From an uncultured Dorea sp. (lineage in GTDB: Bacteria > Bacillota > Clostridia > Lachnospirales > Lachnospiraceae), in the NCBI GenBank assembly GCA_910586965.1, contig CAJUMF010000007.1, forward strand, positions 25,577 through 89,576: a stretch of 64,000 nt of DNA, given 5' to 3'. Made by a program: the position numbers and the translations under genes. Under the pieces are notes generated by a model. That model had not been told where the DNA came from. It saw only the letters and a list, made by a program, of their open reading frames with translations, and searched no databases. Below, one piece after another: positions 10,486 to 19,546 of the stretch. Position 1 is the first letter of the stretch, and each line of letters starts with the position of its first letter.

Positions 10486-12336
10486 ATGAGAAGAGTATCT
10501 AAGGCGCTCTGCGCAGCGTTGAGCTTGATGCTGATCGTGAATCTGGTCGGCTTTGAGGCAATGGCTTCTGAGGTTGACGGTAAGCCGGAACAGACAAGCG
10601 GGACAGCAGGTGCAGACCAGAGCACGGAAGACAAAGATAAAACAGGCGAAAGCAAAGAAGAACCTGAAGATAAAGGTTCGGCCAACACACCGGTAATCAA
10701 CGATAGTACGCCGGAGCCTTCCGAGCCGGATGGCAATCCGGAAGGAGAAGGAAACGATGGAGATGCAGCAGATGTTCCGGATCATAAAGATGATCTGAAT
10801 AACGGCGTATTGCCGGAACAGCCGGAAGCAGGACCGGAAGAGGAAACAGAGCCGGAAGAGACAGAGCCTGCAGAAGAGCAAAAAGCTCTTGAAGCCCAGG
10901 AAATTACAGGACTTACGGCAAAACCGGTTGCAGGAAGCACAGATCAGATGGAGATTTCCTGGAATGCTGCGGAAGATGTTACATATAAAGTTAAAGTTAA
11001 AGACGAAGATAATAAAGAAGTCACTTATGACGGGCCGTCTGACGGAAAGTTAACGGTTCCGGTAACGGCAGGGAAAAGATATGATGTAACAGTTGAAGGT
11101 ACCGTTGGCGAGGAGCCTAATACACAGACGGAGACAGAGACGATTCCGGTGATCCTGCTGTTAAGCCCGGCTGTAAAAGTGACAGCAGATGATACTTCTG
11201 TGAAGATTTCGTGGGATGCGGTGGCAGGAGCAACGGAGTATGAAGTAGTTTATGGAGAAAAAACTGAGAAGACGACAGGGACGTCTTATACGGCAGAGGT
11301 CTCCGCAGATGTAACCAAGTACGAGGTGAAAGCGGTCTGCACGCTCAAGGATGCTGCCGGCAAGGAATATATGTATGAGTCTGCACTGGGCAGTGATGTA
11401 CTTGATGAGAAACCGGCAAAAGTAAAGGGACTTACAGGAATTGACGGAGAAAAGTCGGCAATACTGACATGGTCTAAAGCGGCAGGGGCGGCATCTTATA
11501 TTGTATACAGATACAATTCTTCCAGCAAGAAATGGAAGGTTGTGAAGAGAGATATAAAGAAGCTAACCTATACCGACAAAAAACTGACACCGGGTAAGAA
11601 ATATAAATACCGCGTGGCAGCAATGAACAACGGTGGTGTAGGCGGGATGTCTACGACAGTTACGATCAGTGTGAAAAAGACACCGGGAACAAAAGTGCGC
11701 TCAATCGGCTACAAGGCTACAGTTAAGTCAAGAGCACCTCTTTTCAATACGAAAAAGAGCAGTAAGAGAGTAAGATACTTAAATCCGGGAACCAGAGTTA
11801 CCACCATTGATTATGGAAGCGGCCGCTATCAGATCAAGCTGTCCAATGGAAAGACTTACTGGCTGTCGAAAGACAGGCTCACGTTCCGGTCAAGTATCTG
11901 GACGACAAAAGATTACTCGACAAAAGTAAAGGAAGATTTTGTGAATAAGAGGGGCTATAAGAGTCCGACGAAGTATTTGATCTGGATCAGCCAATACACG
12001 CAGAGAGTAATTATATTCCAGGGAAAGAAAGGGAAATGGAAGATGATTCGTTCCGGACGTTGTGCGACAGGTACTCACCTGCATATGACGCCGAAGGGAA
12101 TCTTCAAGATTACTTATAAGGAAAAGGGATGGTTCTACAGGACTACTTATGAAAAACCGATCGTTCATTTTAAATCCCAGAATTCTTTCCATTCCAGAAT
12201 CAAGAATTACAAGGGCGGATATGCAGATGCTACGATTGGAAGGCCCAGATCCAAGGGATGTGTTCGGCTGTATGATGAGGATATCAACTTTATCTACAAG
12301 AAATGTCCAAAGGGTACTACAGTAGTATCACACTAA
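10486..12336 (+). CDS. L,D-transpeptidase with acidic N-terminus, FN3 and SH3-like domains
   Basis: C-terminal FHS...RSKGCVRL; signal peptide; start chosen from the AAGGGG RBS (track start 10462). Confidence 0.85.
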   Translation: MRRVSKALCAALSLMLIVNLVGFEAMASEVDGKPEQTSGTAGADQSTEDKDKTGESKEEPEDKGSANTPVINDSTPEPSEPDGNPEGEGNDGDAADVPDHKDDLNNGVLPEQPEAGPEEETEPEETEPAEEQKALEAQEITGLTAKPVAGSTDQMEISWNAAEDVTYKVKVKDEDNKEVTYDGPSDGKLTVPVTAGKRYDVTVEGTVGEEPNTQTETETIPVILLLSPAVKVTADDTSVKISWDAVAGATEYEVVYGEKTEKTTGTSYTAEVSADVTKYEVKAVCTLKDAAGKEYMYESALGSDVLDEKPAKVKGLTGIDGEKSAILTWSKAAGAASYIVYRYNSSSKKWKVVKRDIKKLTYTDKKLTPGKKYKYRVAAMNNGGVGGMSTTVTISVKKTPGTKVRSIGYKATVKSRAPLFNTKKSSKRVRYLNPGTRVTTIDYGSGRYQIKLSNGKTYWLSKDRLTFRSSIWTTKDYSTKVKEDFVNKRGYKSPTKYLIWISQYTQRVIIFQGKKGKWKMIRSGRCATGTHLHMTPKGIFKITYKEKGWFYRTTYEKPIVHFKSQNSFHSRIKNYKGGYADATIGRPRSKGCVRLYDEDINFIYKKCPKGTTVVSH

Positions 12337-12350
12337 TATAGAAAGATAAT

Positions 12351-12381
12351 AATGCCTCCGGTGAATCCGGAGGCATTTGTT
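12351..12381. terminator. Intrinsic terminator between convergent genes
   Basis: Perfect 11-bp stem AATGCCTCCGG/CCGGAGGCATT with a 5-nt loop. Confidence 0.85.
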
Positions 12382-13310
12382 TATAGATGTTTTTTTAGTT
12401 CTGAGACTTTTTTCTTTGCTGCAATCGATAAATAAATAAATCGATTGGCAGGGGTAGATATGCCATGTTTCTCTCCAAGCCGGATGACAGTGCCGGCGTA
12501 TTCCTCTATCTCAATAGGCCTTCCTGCTTCCACATCCTGCAGCATAGACATCTTTTTGTGGGCAGGATAGCCCAGGAGAAAACGGATGATATCATCACGG
12601 TCTTCGGTAGTTATATTAACTTTTTCGGCTTTGGCCAATTCTACGATTTCGTCAATACATAGCCGGATAATCTCTACAATCTCATCTACCTGTTCAAAAT
12701 AGCCGCATTCCACACCAATCTCCACAGCAGCCTGGGAGCCGCCGGTGTTCAGCATCCATTTTCGCCATTGGATACGTTTCATGTCCTCATAGATATTTGC
12801 ATTCAATCCGGCATGTGCGAGACAATCCCGGACTTCTGTCACTTCCGGTTTGACAGGATTGTTGTATGCATAGCCGAGCTGTACTTCACCGGGGGTTGTA
12901 TAATACACTTTATGTCCGGTACGGTGCGCATCTGTTCGGATCATAACACCGTAGAGCACACGGTTGTCCGGGAAATACGACTGCAGACGTTCGGTTGCCA
13001 TGATGCCGTTTAGCAGTGGTAATATAATCGTACTCTTTTGGATCAACGGCCGGATGTCATCCATCACAGAGTCAAGGCTGTAGCTCTTTACTGCGATAAT
13101 TAAGAGATCAAGACGGACATCCTGTGATCCGTCAGAGTATATATTAGGTTTTAATGTGCGGTCATTGATAGACAGCCCGTTTTTCCGCATTCGATCTGCC
13201 CGGTCGCCAGTTGCTAAGAGAAAAAAATTGTCCGGATATGCCGGGAACAGGTGAGAGATCAGAACACTTCCCACAGAGCCGGCGCCAACGACACCAATAT
13301 TCTTTATCAT
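12381..13310 (-). CDS. Ketopantoate reductase family protein (PanE/ApbA-like)
   Basis: GAGSVG Rossmann motif, AVKSY, LLNG, WRKWMLN, SMLQDVEAGRPIEIE. Confidence 0.85.
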   Translation of the reverse strand: MIKNIGVVGAGSVGSVLISHLFPAYPDNFFLLATGDRADRMRKNGLSINDRTLKPNIYSDGSQDVRLDLLIIAVKSYSLDSVMDDIRPLIQKSTIILPLLNGIMATERLQSYFPDNRVLYGVMIRTDAHRTGHKVYYTTPGEVQLGYAYNNPVKPEVTEVRDCLAHAGLNANIYEDMKRIQWRKWMLNTGGSQAAVEIGVECGYFEQVDEIVEIIRLCIDEIVELAKAEKVNITTEDRDDIIRFLLGYPAHKKMSMLQDVEAGRPIEIEEYAGTVIRLGEKHGISTPANRFIYLSIAAKKKVSELKKHL

Positions 13311-13339
13311 TCGAAAGGTCTCCTTTTGCTTCTTTTTTA

Positions 13340-14665
13340 CTAGTTTGCCTCATCTGGAATTTCACATGCAAAACAGCGCATTTTTCCATTTTTATCCGGC
13401 GGAATGACTTCCAGCCACTCAAAGTGCAGGTTAAATTCATCTTTAAAAAGTTCTGCCATTTTCTTTTGGAAAAAGCATTCAATCTCTTCTTTTGTGTGAG
13501 CATTGTTGTTCGGATCTTTTACAAGCAGGATCTTCATGTCATGATAAGATTCCTGAATAAATTTAAACTGTGCAATACCGACGATGCCGTTGGGAATCTT
13601 CATCAAGTACAAGGCAGAGGTCTCCGGGCTGTTTTCGTGTCTTACAAGATCGTTGACCCGTCCTTGTATGGATTTAATGTAGCGTACACCATCTAAGGTT
13701 ACGGAGGTTGCTCTGTCTCCAATCTCATAATTGATAAACGGAAAGTCTTTTTTGAACAGAGTGGTGACGATGACTCTTCCGTCATCAGTCAACTGGTTGT
13801 TGTCGTCATAGATGTTAACTACATGGGTATCGCTGTTAATGTAGTAAAGTTCCTCGCCGGGAAGCTGGATGATACAGCTTCCTGTCTCAGAGCTCCCATA
13901 AGCATCAAATAAACCGTCGCCAAAAGCTTCTGTGAGTATTTTGCGGGTCATGTCATCCACCATCTCACTGACAGGAGTATAAAGCTTTGGTTTATAGATT
14001 CTGAGATTGTGTCTTTTAGCATAAAGGGCCATGCGGACCAGGCAATTTCTGCGGAAACAGAGAACATCTGGCTTGTATGCGTTTAAATCGTTGATAATAT
14101 CACGGATTCCATCGCCTACGCAGTTGTCCTCCGATACCACTTTGCGGCGCATGAATCCAAATTTTTGAATGATGGAATCCCCCTTTTTGGGATCAATCTT
14201 CTTGTGACTGGTCACGAAAGAGAACAGCTTTCCGCGCAGAGGATGGTATCCTGCATACATGAGTACACGGATCCAGTTGGCATCCACGCAGGCCGATTCT
14301 CTCTGTGTCTGAATGAACTTTAACGGAACGCCGGAAGAACCGCTGGTAGAAAGGATGGTCCAGCTTTTTCTCTTTTTCGGGTGCTTTTCGTATTCTTCCT
14401 GCATCCAAAGCCGAAGATCAGCTCTTGTAGTGACAGGAAACTTTGCCAGGTCTTCAGGAGTATGGAAATCATCTGGTGTAAGATGATTTTCGGCAAATCG
14501 TTTGCGGTAAAAAGGGATTTTATAGGCACGCTTCATTAATTCATGCACTTTTTTCCCTTGCCGTTTACGGATAAACGCCCGGTCAGTAGGAATCTTTTTG
14601 TCGAGTTTCATCAGATAATAAAATGTCATAACATTCTTTAATTTCTTTTCTATTACAAAAGCCAT
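13340..14665 (-). CDS. Adenylate-forming enzyme, phenylacetate-CoA ligase/CapK-like
   Basis: ANL motifs STSGSSG, YGSSETG, YEIGD, GRVND, NGKMR. Confidence 0.85.
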   Translation of the reverse strand: MAFVIEKKLKNVMTFYYLMKLDKKIPTDRAFIRKRQGKKVHELMKRAYKIPFYRKRFAENHLTPDDFHTPEDLAKFPVTTRADLRLWMQEEYEKHPKKRKSWTILSTSGSSGVPLKFIQTQRESACVDANWIRVLMYAGYHPLRGKLFSFVTSHKKIDPKKGDSIIQKFGFMRRKVVSEDNCVGDGIRDIINDLNAYKPDVLCFRRNCLVRMALYAKRHNLRIYKPKLYTPVSEMVDDMTRKILTEAFGDGLFDAYGSSETGSCIIQLPGEELYYINSDTHVVNIYDDNNQLTDDGRVIVTTLFKKDFPFINYEIGDRATSVTLDGVRYIKSIQGRVNDLVRHENSPETSALYLMKIPNGIVGIAQFKFIQESYHDMKILLVKDPNNNAHTKEEIECFFQKKMAELFKDEFNLHFEWLEVIPPDKNGKMRCFACEIPDEAN

Positions 14666-14806
14666 GATAGATTCTCCCTTCGATAATTTTACGCGTACTC
14701 AATTTTAACATAATTGTGTGAGAAACTCAAGATTTGCGTATCTTGCTAAGAAAGTGTTTTTGTGTAATAATGATGATTAGAATTAGAGTTTAGCAGAGGA
14801 AAAAAT

Positions 14807-16237
14807 ATGCAGAATAATAAATTAAACAGCCTTGCGCTGAAAGCAGGAATTTTTTATATTGTAGGACAGCTTTTTATACGGGGGCTTACGTTCCTTACCA
14901 CACCAATCTATACGCGTCTTTTATCTCCGGCTCAGTACGGTGAGATACGGATCTACGAGTCGTGGCTTTTGATCATGGTCCCGGTAATGTCACTGTGTCT
15001 TTTTCGGAGTGTGGACAGAGCAAAATATGATATGGGAGAGAGATATAACGAGTATGTTTCCAGTGTTCAGACTCTTTCTTATTTTTCGATTCTTGGATTT
15101 TTCGTCGTATGCCTTCTTTTCAGACCGCAGATGCAGCGGTTCTGGGGAATGACGGATGTGATGTTTTTTATGGCATTTTTCTACGTGTTCGGGTATACGA
15201 GCATCCTCTTTATGCAGAGACGTGAGAAGCAGATGATGCGCTATAAGGCGAGTATACTTATTACGACGGTGACTATCGTTCCGGCAACAATACTGTCTAT
15301 ATTGCTTATCTACTGGGGACGGGTAAACGGGTATCTGGATAAGCTGGTGGAGCTAAGAGTATGGGGATTTTATGTGCCGCAGGTGCTTGGGGGGCTGATT
15401 GTGGCTGTACTTCTCTGGAAAGAGGGGGGGAAGTTTGTCAAGGCGGAGTACTGGAAATATGCGCTGAAATATAGCTTGCCGCTCATTCCGGAGGCTCTTT
15501 CGATCCAGATCATGAATCAGGCGGACAAGATTATGATCCGTTTCCTGGTGGGGTATGAGTATACAGGAATTTTTGCCCTTGGAACGACAATTTCTTTTAT
15601 TATATGGATTGTAGAAGACTCGGTATGGAATGCATTTCTGCCATGGATGTATGAGAAAATCTCAGTGGGTGAAACGGAGGATATTGAACGTCCATGGACA
15701 GTCCTTATGCATGGATTTGGGATTCTTTCCTGGTTTCTTGTAGCTCTCGCACCGGAGATTGTAGCAGTGCTGGGCTCTAAGGAATACCATATGGCAATTT
15801 TTCTGATAGCGCCTATGGTAACGGGGACATTGCTTCGGTTTTACAGCTATATTTATACGGCAATTCAAAATTATCACAAGAAGACAGGATTTGTGGCGGC
15901 AGGTACCATTGCGACGATGGTTATCAATGTGATCTTAAATTATGTGTGTATCCTCCGGTTCGGGTATATGGCGGCAGCGTATACAACGGCGGCAAGCTAT
16001 TTTATCTTGCTGGTGCTTCAGGGATATCTGGAGAAAAAGGTTGCCGGAAGAAGAGTGATCTCACTAAAAAAGAGCGTGATAATATCTGCCTTTTATCTCG
16101 CTCTTAATATCGTGACTATGGAATTGTTCGCACTGCAATGGTATATAAGATATGCAGTTATCCTTGCGGCGGCCGTTCTCGCAGTCAAATGGATCATGCC
16201 CCAATTTTTAAAGGTTATGAAAGGATTTAAAAAATAA
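14807..16237 (+). CDS. Wzx-type oligosaccharide flippase (MOP superfamily)
   Basis: N-terminal GLTFLTTPIYTRLLSPAQYG; YSLPLIP..L..IMNQADKIMI; many TM segments. Confidence 0.88.
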   Translation: MQNNKLNSLALKAGIFYIVGQLFIRGLTFLTTPIYTRLLSPAQYGEIRIYESWLLIMVPVMSLCLFRSVDRAKYDMGERYNEYVSSVQTLSYFSILGFFVVCLLFRPQMQRFWGMTDVMFFMAFFYVFGYTSILFMQRREKQMMRYKASILITTVTIVPATILSILLIYWGRVNGYLDKLVELRVWGFYVPQVLGGLIVAVLLWKEGGKFVKAEYWKYALKYSLPLIPEALSIQIMNQADKIMIRFLVGYEYTGIFALGTTISFIIWIVEDSVWNAFLPWMYEKISVGETEDIERPWTVLMHGFGILSWFLVALAPEIVAVLGSKEYHMAIFLIAPMVTGTLLRFYSYIYTAIQNYHKKTGFVAAGTIATMVINVILNYVCILRFGYMAAAYTTAASYFILLVLQGYLEKKVAGRRVISLKKSVIISAFYLALNIVTMELFALQWYIRYAVILAAAVLAVKWIMPQFLKVMKGFKK

Positions 16238-16251
16238 ACAAAAGAAATTGG

Positions 16252-17433
16252 TTATCTGACTTTGATCTCTACATTTTTCAGCGCTTCGTGCAGCGTGTCT
16301 ACAGCCTGCTTTAATGTGTCTCCTTTTGTGATGACATGTCCGATACGGTGGGGGCCTACATGGAATTTATGTACGCTGTCACCAGGTTTATGATCGAACT
16401 GTATGTCGTATATATCCGGATGTTTTGGATTGCGGTCTGTCTGCTCTTCGATAACACCGTCTTTTTCACTCATGAGCAGCATACTTGCATTGGGGACAGC
16501 GTGTGAATTGCAGTCAAAAACTGTGTCTTCGCCCAAAGCACAGCGCAGGATCTTCTCGTAATAATCAAAACCGTAATAGATAGATACCAGTTCTGCCAGA
16601 CAGGTTGCGCCTGAGCGTCCGCCGATTTCAAGTACATAGGTTTTTCCGTCTTTCAGTATGAAATCTGCATTGATGGCGCAGTTGTCAAGGCCCATGGCAT
16701 GGATGGCAGCGGTGAGCTGCTGCCTGGCGTCTTCTATTACCGAAGATTCCAGTTCATAGGGAGCGAAGTGCCCGATGGGAACACCGGTGTCCCCTTTGAA
16801 TACATAATCGCCGTGGGGGAGGATAAAAGTGACTTCCCCGCGGTAAACGAATGCCTGTGCACCGAATTCTTCGCCTTCAATAAATTCCTCTACAATATAG
16901 TAATCAGATCTTGTGTTTTCTCTTACATTTTGAATGGCCGCATCAAAATCGGCTTTAGAATCAACTTTTACAATTCCCCGGCTTCCGGAGGAATCTACAG
17001 ATTTGAAGATGAGAGGAAAGCTAAGTTCTGCCACACGTTCTGCAACATCCGCAGCGTCAAGAGGAATCTCACGGAACTTGGCGGTTCTGACGCCGTGCTC
17101 TTCATATTTGGACTTCATCAGAAGCTTGTTGGCAGCTACTTTGGCGGCTTCAAAAGAAAGACCGCATAACTTTAACTCGTCGCAGACTTTTCCGATGGTG
17201 ATCACTGCTACATCCGTACCGGCCGTTACGATACCGTCAATCTGTTCTTTGCCGGCAATCTCAAGGATCTTATCGTAATCTGTTGTGTTTTCATAGTAGA
17301 TCTTGTCTGCCAGTTCGAACCCGGGATAGTTTCCTGGGATGCTGACGACGATAGAATAGATGCCGAGCCGTTTTGCTGTCTTGATGAGCGGAACCTGATA
17401 GATGCCGGCGCCAAGAATCATTATTTTTTTCAT
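16252..17433 (-). CDS. ATP-grasp carboxylate-amine ligase
   Basis: ILGAG..Q, NKLLMK, FPLIFKSVDSSGSRG, VEEFIEGEE, VLEIGGRSG. Confidence 0.85.
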   Translation of the reverse strand: MKKIMILGAGIYQVPLIKTAKRLGIYSIVVSIPGNYPGFELADKIYYENTTDYDKILEIAGKEQIDGIVTAGTDVAVITIGKVCDELKLCGLSFEAAKVAANKLLMKSKYEEHGVRTAKFREIPLDAADVAERVAELSFPLIFKSVDSSGSRGIVKVDSKADFDAAIQNVRENTRSDYYIVEEFIEGEEFGAQAFVYRGEVTFILPHGDYVFKGDTGVPIGHFAPYELESSVIEDARQQLTAAIHAMGLDNCAINADFILKDGKTYVLEIGGRSGATCLAELVSIYYGFDYYEKILRCALGEDTVFDCNSHAVPNASMLLMSEKDGVIEEQTDRNPKHPDIYDIQFDHKPGDSVHKFHVGPHRIGHVITKGDTLKQAVDTLHEALKNVEIKVR

Positions 17434-17434
17434 G

Positions 17435-18373
17435 TTAAGAATCCTCCTTTTGTGTGTATATTTTTCGGACGACGAACTGCGGGTAGCGGCTCATGCCGAG
17501 AAACATCCTGCCAAGATATTCGCCGATCAGTCCCAGAAACAGCAGGTTGACTCCGGAGAAAAAGCAGATAGCAGCCATCATGGAGGGCCAGCCGATTGCC
17601 ATGGAAGGGACTAAAAGCTTTCGGATAACTGTAAAAACAGCTCCCAGTATTCCTAGCAGGGAAAAGATGTATCCGCAGTAGGTGGCAAGTCTTAAGGGAA
17701 CGATAGAATATCCCATAATATTAGACCAAAGTCCAATTAATTTTTTAAATGTATAGTTGGAAGTCCCGACTTCCCGTTCAAAGTGTTTGACAGGGACACT
17801 GCTGATGTTGCGTGTCGTACGAAGGAACAGACCTTGAAGGTGTGTGTATTGGCTTTTATACTGGATGACATAATCCCGGATGAACTTTCGGATGATCCAG
17901 AAGCTGGAAGTCTTCATGTCTTTGGGTTTTCCAATGAGAATCCGTACAGACAGATAATTGATGTAACTTCCAAAATTGCGGAAAAGGCTGTGCTTCTTCT
18001 TGGGATAGTAACCGTATACGATATCGTAGCCCTTATCAAACTCTTCAAAAAGAACAGGCAGTTGTGAAGGATGTGTCTGCATATCGTCATCCATTGCGAT
18101 GAGTGTATCTCCGTCAGCATAATTAAGCCCGGCCATCACGGCGTTGTGCTGGCCGGAATTCTTTGCAAGCTCCACCACTTTTACACAATGGTACTCATCG
18201 GCGAGAGCTTCCAATGCTTGTACGGTCTCTCCGCCGTCAGGGGAAAAATCATCTACCAGCACGAATTCATAAGGTGTTCGTTTTTGGCGTTCCATTTCCT
18301 GCATGGTCAGCTCCACCACTTTTCGGATTGTTTTTGAGGAGTTGTAGCAGGGGATAATAATTGAATATAACAT
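17435..18373 (-). CDS. GT2 polyprenyl-phosphate glycosyltransferase (ArnC/GtrB-like)
   Basis: IIIPCYN, VDDFSPD, NSGQHNAVMAG, MDDDMQ; two C-terminal TM helices ending GLIGEYLGR. Confidence 0.9.
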   Translation of the reverse strand: MLYSIIIPCYNSSKTIRKVVELTMQEMERQKRTPYEFVLVDDFSPDGGETVQALEALADEYHCVKVVELAKNSGQHNAVMAGLNYADGDTLIAMDDDMQTHPSQLPVLFEEFDKGYDIVYGYYPKKKHSLFRNFGSYINYLSVRILIGKPKDMKTSSFWIIRKFIRDYVIQYKSQYTHLQGLFLRTTRNISSVPVKHFEREVGTSNYTFKKLIGLWSNIMGYSIVPLRLATYCGYIFSLLGILGAVFTVIRKLLVPSMAIGWPSMMAAICFFSGVNLLFLGLIGEYLGRMFLGMSRYPQFVVRKIYTQKEDS

Positions 18374-18395
18374 TTGTTTTTTGATTCTCCTGTGG

Positions 18396-19523
18396 TTATT
18401 GGTAAAATTGTATTATCTTATCACACACAAAGCGCACGTCTTCCGGTTTCAGACCATAGTACATAGGAAGTCTTAGGAGACGTTCACTTTCTTTTGTGGT
18501 GTAAATATCTTCTCCATGGAATCTTCCGTATTCAAGTCCTGCCGGAGCAGTGTGCAGCGGAATGTAATGGAAAACGGAGTAAATGTCCTGCGCTTTCAGA
18601 TATTTGATAAGAGCAGAGCGTTCTTCTAAATCGGCTGCTTTTATGTAAAACATATGTGCATTATGCTTACATCCGTCCGGAACAGCCGGGAGAGTGATCT
18701 TTCCAGTCTCGCTGAGAGGGGAGAGGAGTTCATAGTAAAGGTTCCAGGAACTCATGCGGTCATCGTAGATCATCTGAGCCTGCTCGAGCTGGGCACAAAG
18801 ATATGCGGCATTCAGCTCACTTGGAAGATAGGATGAGCCTGCCGAAACCCACGTGTATTTATCAATCTCGCCTCGGAAAAATTTGCTGCGGTTCGTCCCT
18901 TTCTCACGGATGATCTCAGCTTTCTCAATCATCTCTTTGTCGCGGATCAAAAGACAACCGCCTTCTCCCATACTGTAGTTCTTGGTCTCGTGGAAGCTTA
19001 GGCACCCGTAATCGCCGATGGTGCCTAAGGGGCGGCCTTTGTATTCGGACATCACTCCCTGGGCGGCATCTTCGACGACTTTCAGGCTGTATTTGTCTGC
19101 AATCTCCATGATCTTGTCCATCTCACAGGCAACGCCGGCATAGTGGACGGGAACGATTGCTTTTGTCTTTGGTGTGACAGCAGCTTCTATCAGCTTCTCA
19201 TCAATGTTCATAGTGTCCGGACGTACATCCACGAATACGATGGAGGCGCCGTTTAACACAAAAGCATTGGCAGTGGACACAAAAGTATAAGAAGGCATGA
19301 TCACCTCGTCTCCTGGTTGAATGTCACACAGAAGGGCAGCCATCTCTGTGGCATGGGTGCAGGAGGTGGTGAGGAGAGCTTTTGCTGTGTGTGTCTGACT
19401 TTCCAGCCATTGATCACATCTTTGGGTAAATGTTCCGTCGCCGCAGATCTTTCGGCTGGCAATTGCTTGTGCGATATATTCATTTTCTTTTCCGATATAA
19501 GGCGGAATATTAAACTTGATCAT
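18396..19523 (-). CDS. rffA: dTDP-4-amino-4,6-dideoxygalactose transaminase (WecE/RffA type)
   Basis: TTSCTHATEM, PVHYAGVACEM, EDAAQG, SFHETKNYSMGEGG, REKGTNRSKFFRGEIDKYTW, VFHYIPLH. Confidence 0.9.
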   Translation of the reverse strand: MIKFNIPPYIGKENEYIAQAIASRKICGDGTFTQRCDQWLESQTHTAKALLTTSCTHATEMAALLCDIQPGDEVIMPSYTFVSTANAFVLNGASIVFVDVRPDTMNIDEKLIEAAVTPKTKAIVPVHYAGVACEMDKIMEIADKYSLKVVEDAAQGVMSEYKGRPLGTIGDYGCLSFHETKNYSMGEGGCLLIRDKEMIEKAEIIREKGTNRSKFFRGEIDKYTWVSAGSSYLPSELNAAYLCAQLEQAQMIYDDRMSSWNLYYELLSPLSETGKITLPAVPDGCKHNAHMFYIKAADLEERSALIKYLKAQDIYSVFHYIPLHTAPAGLEYGRFHGEDIYTTKESERLLRLPMYYGLKPEDVRFVCDKIIQFYQ

Positions 19524-19546
19524 ATTTATTTCTCCTAAAAGTTTCT

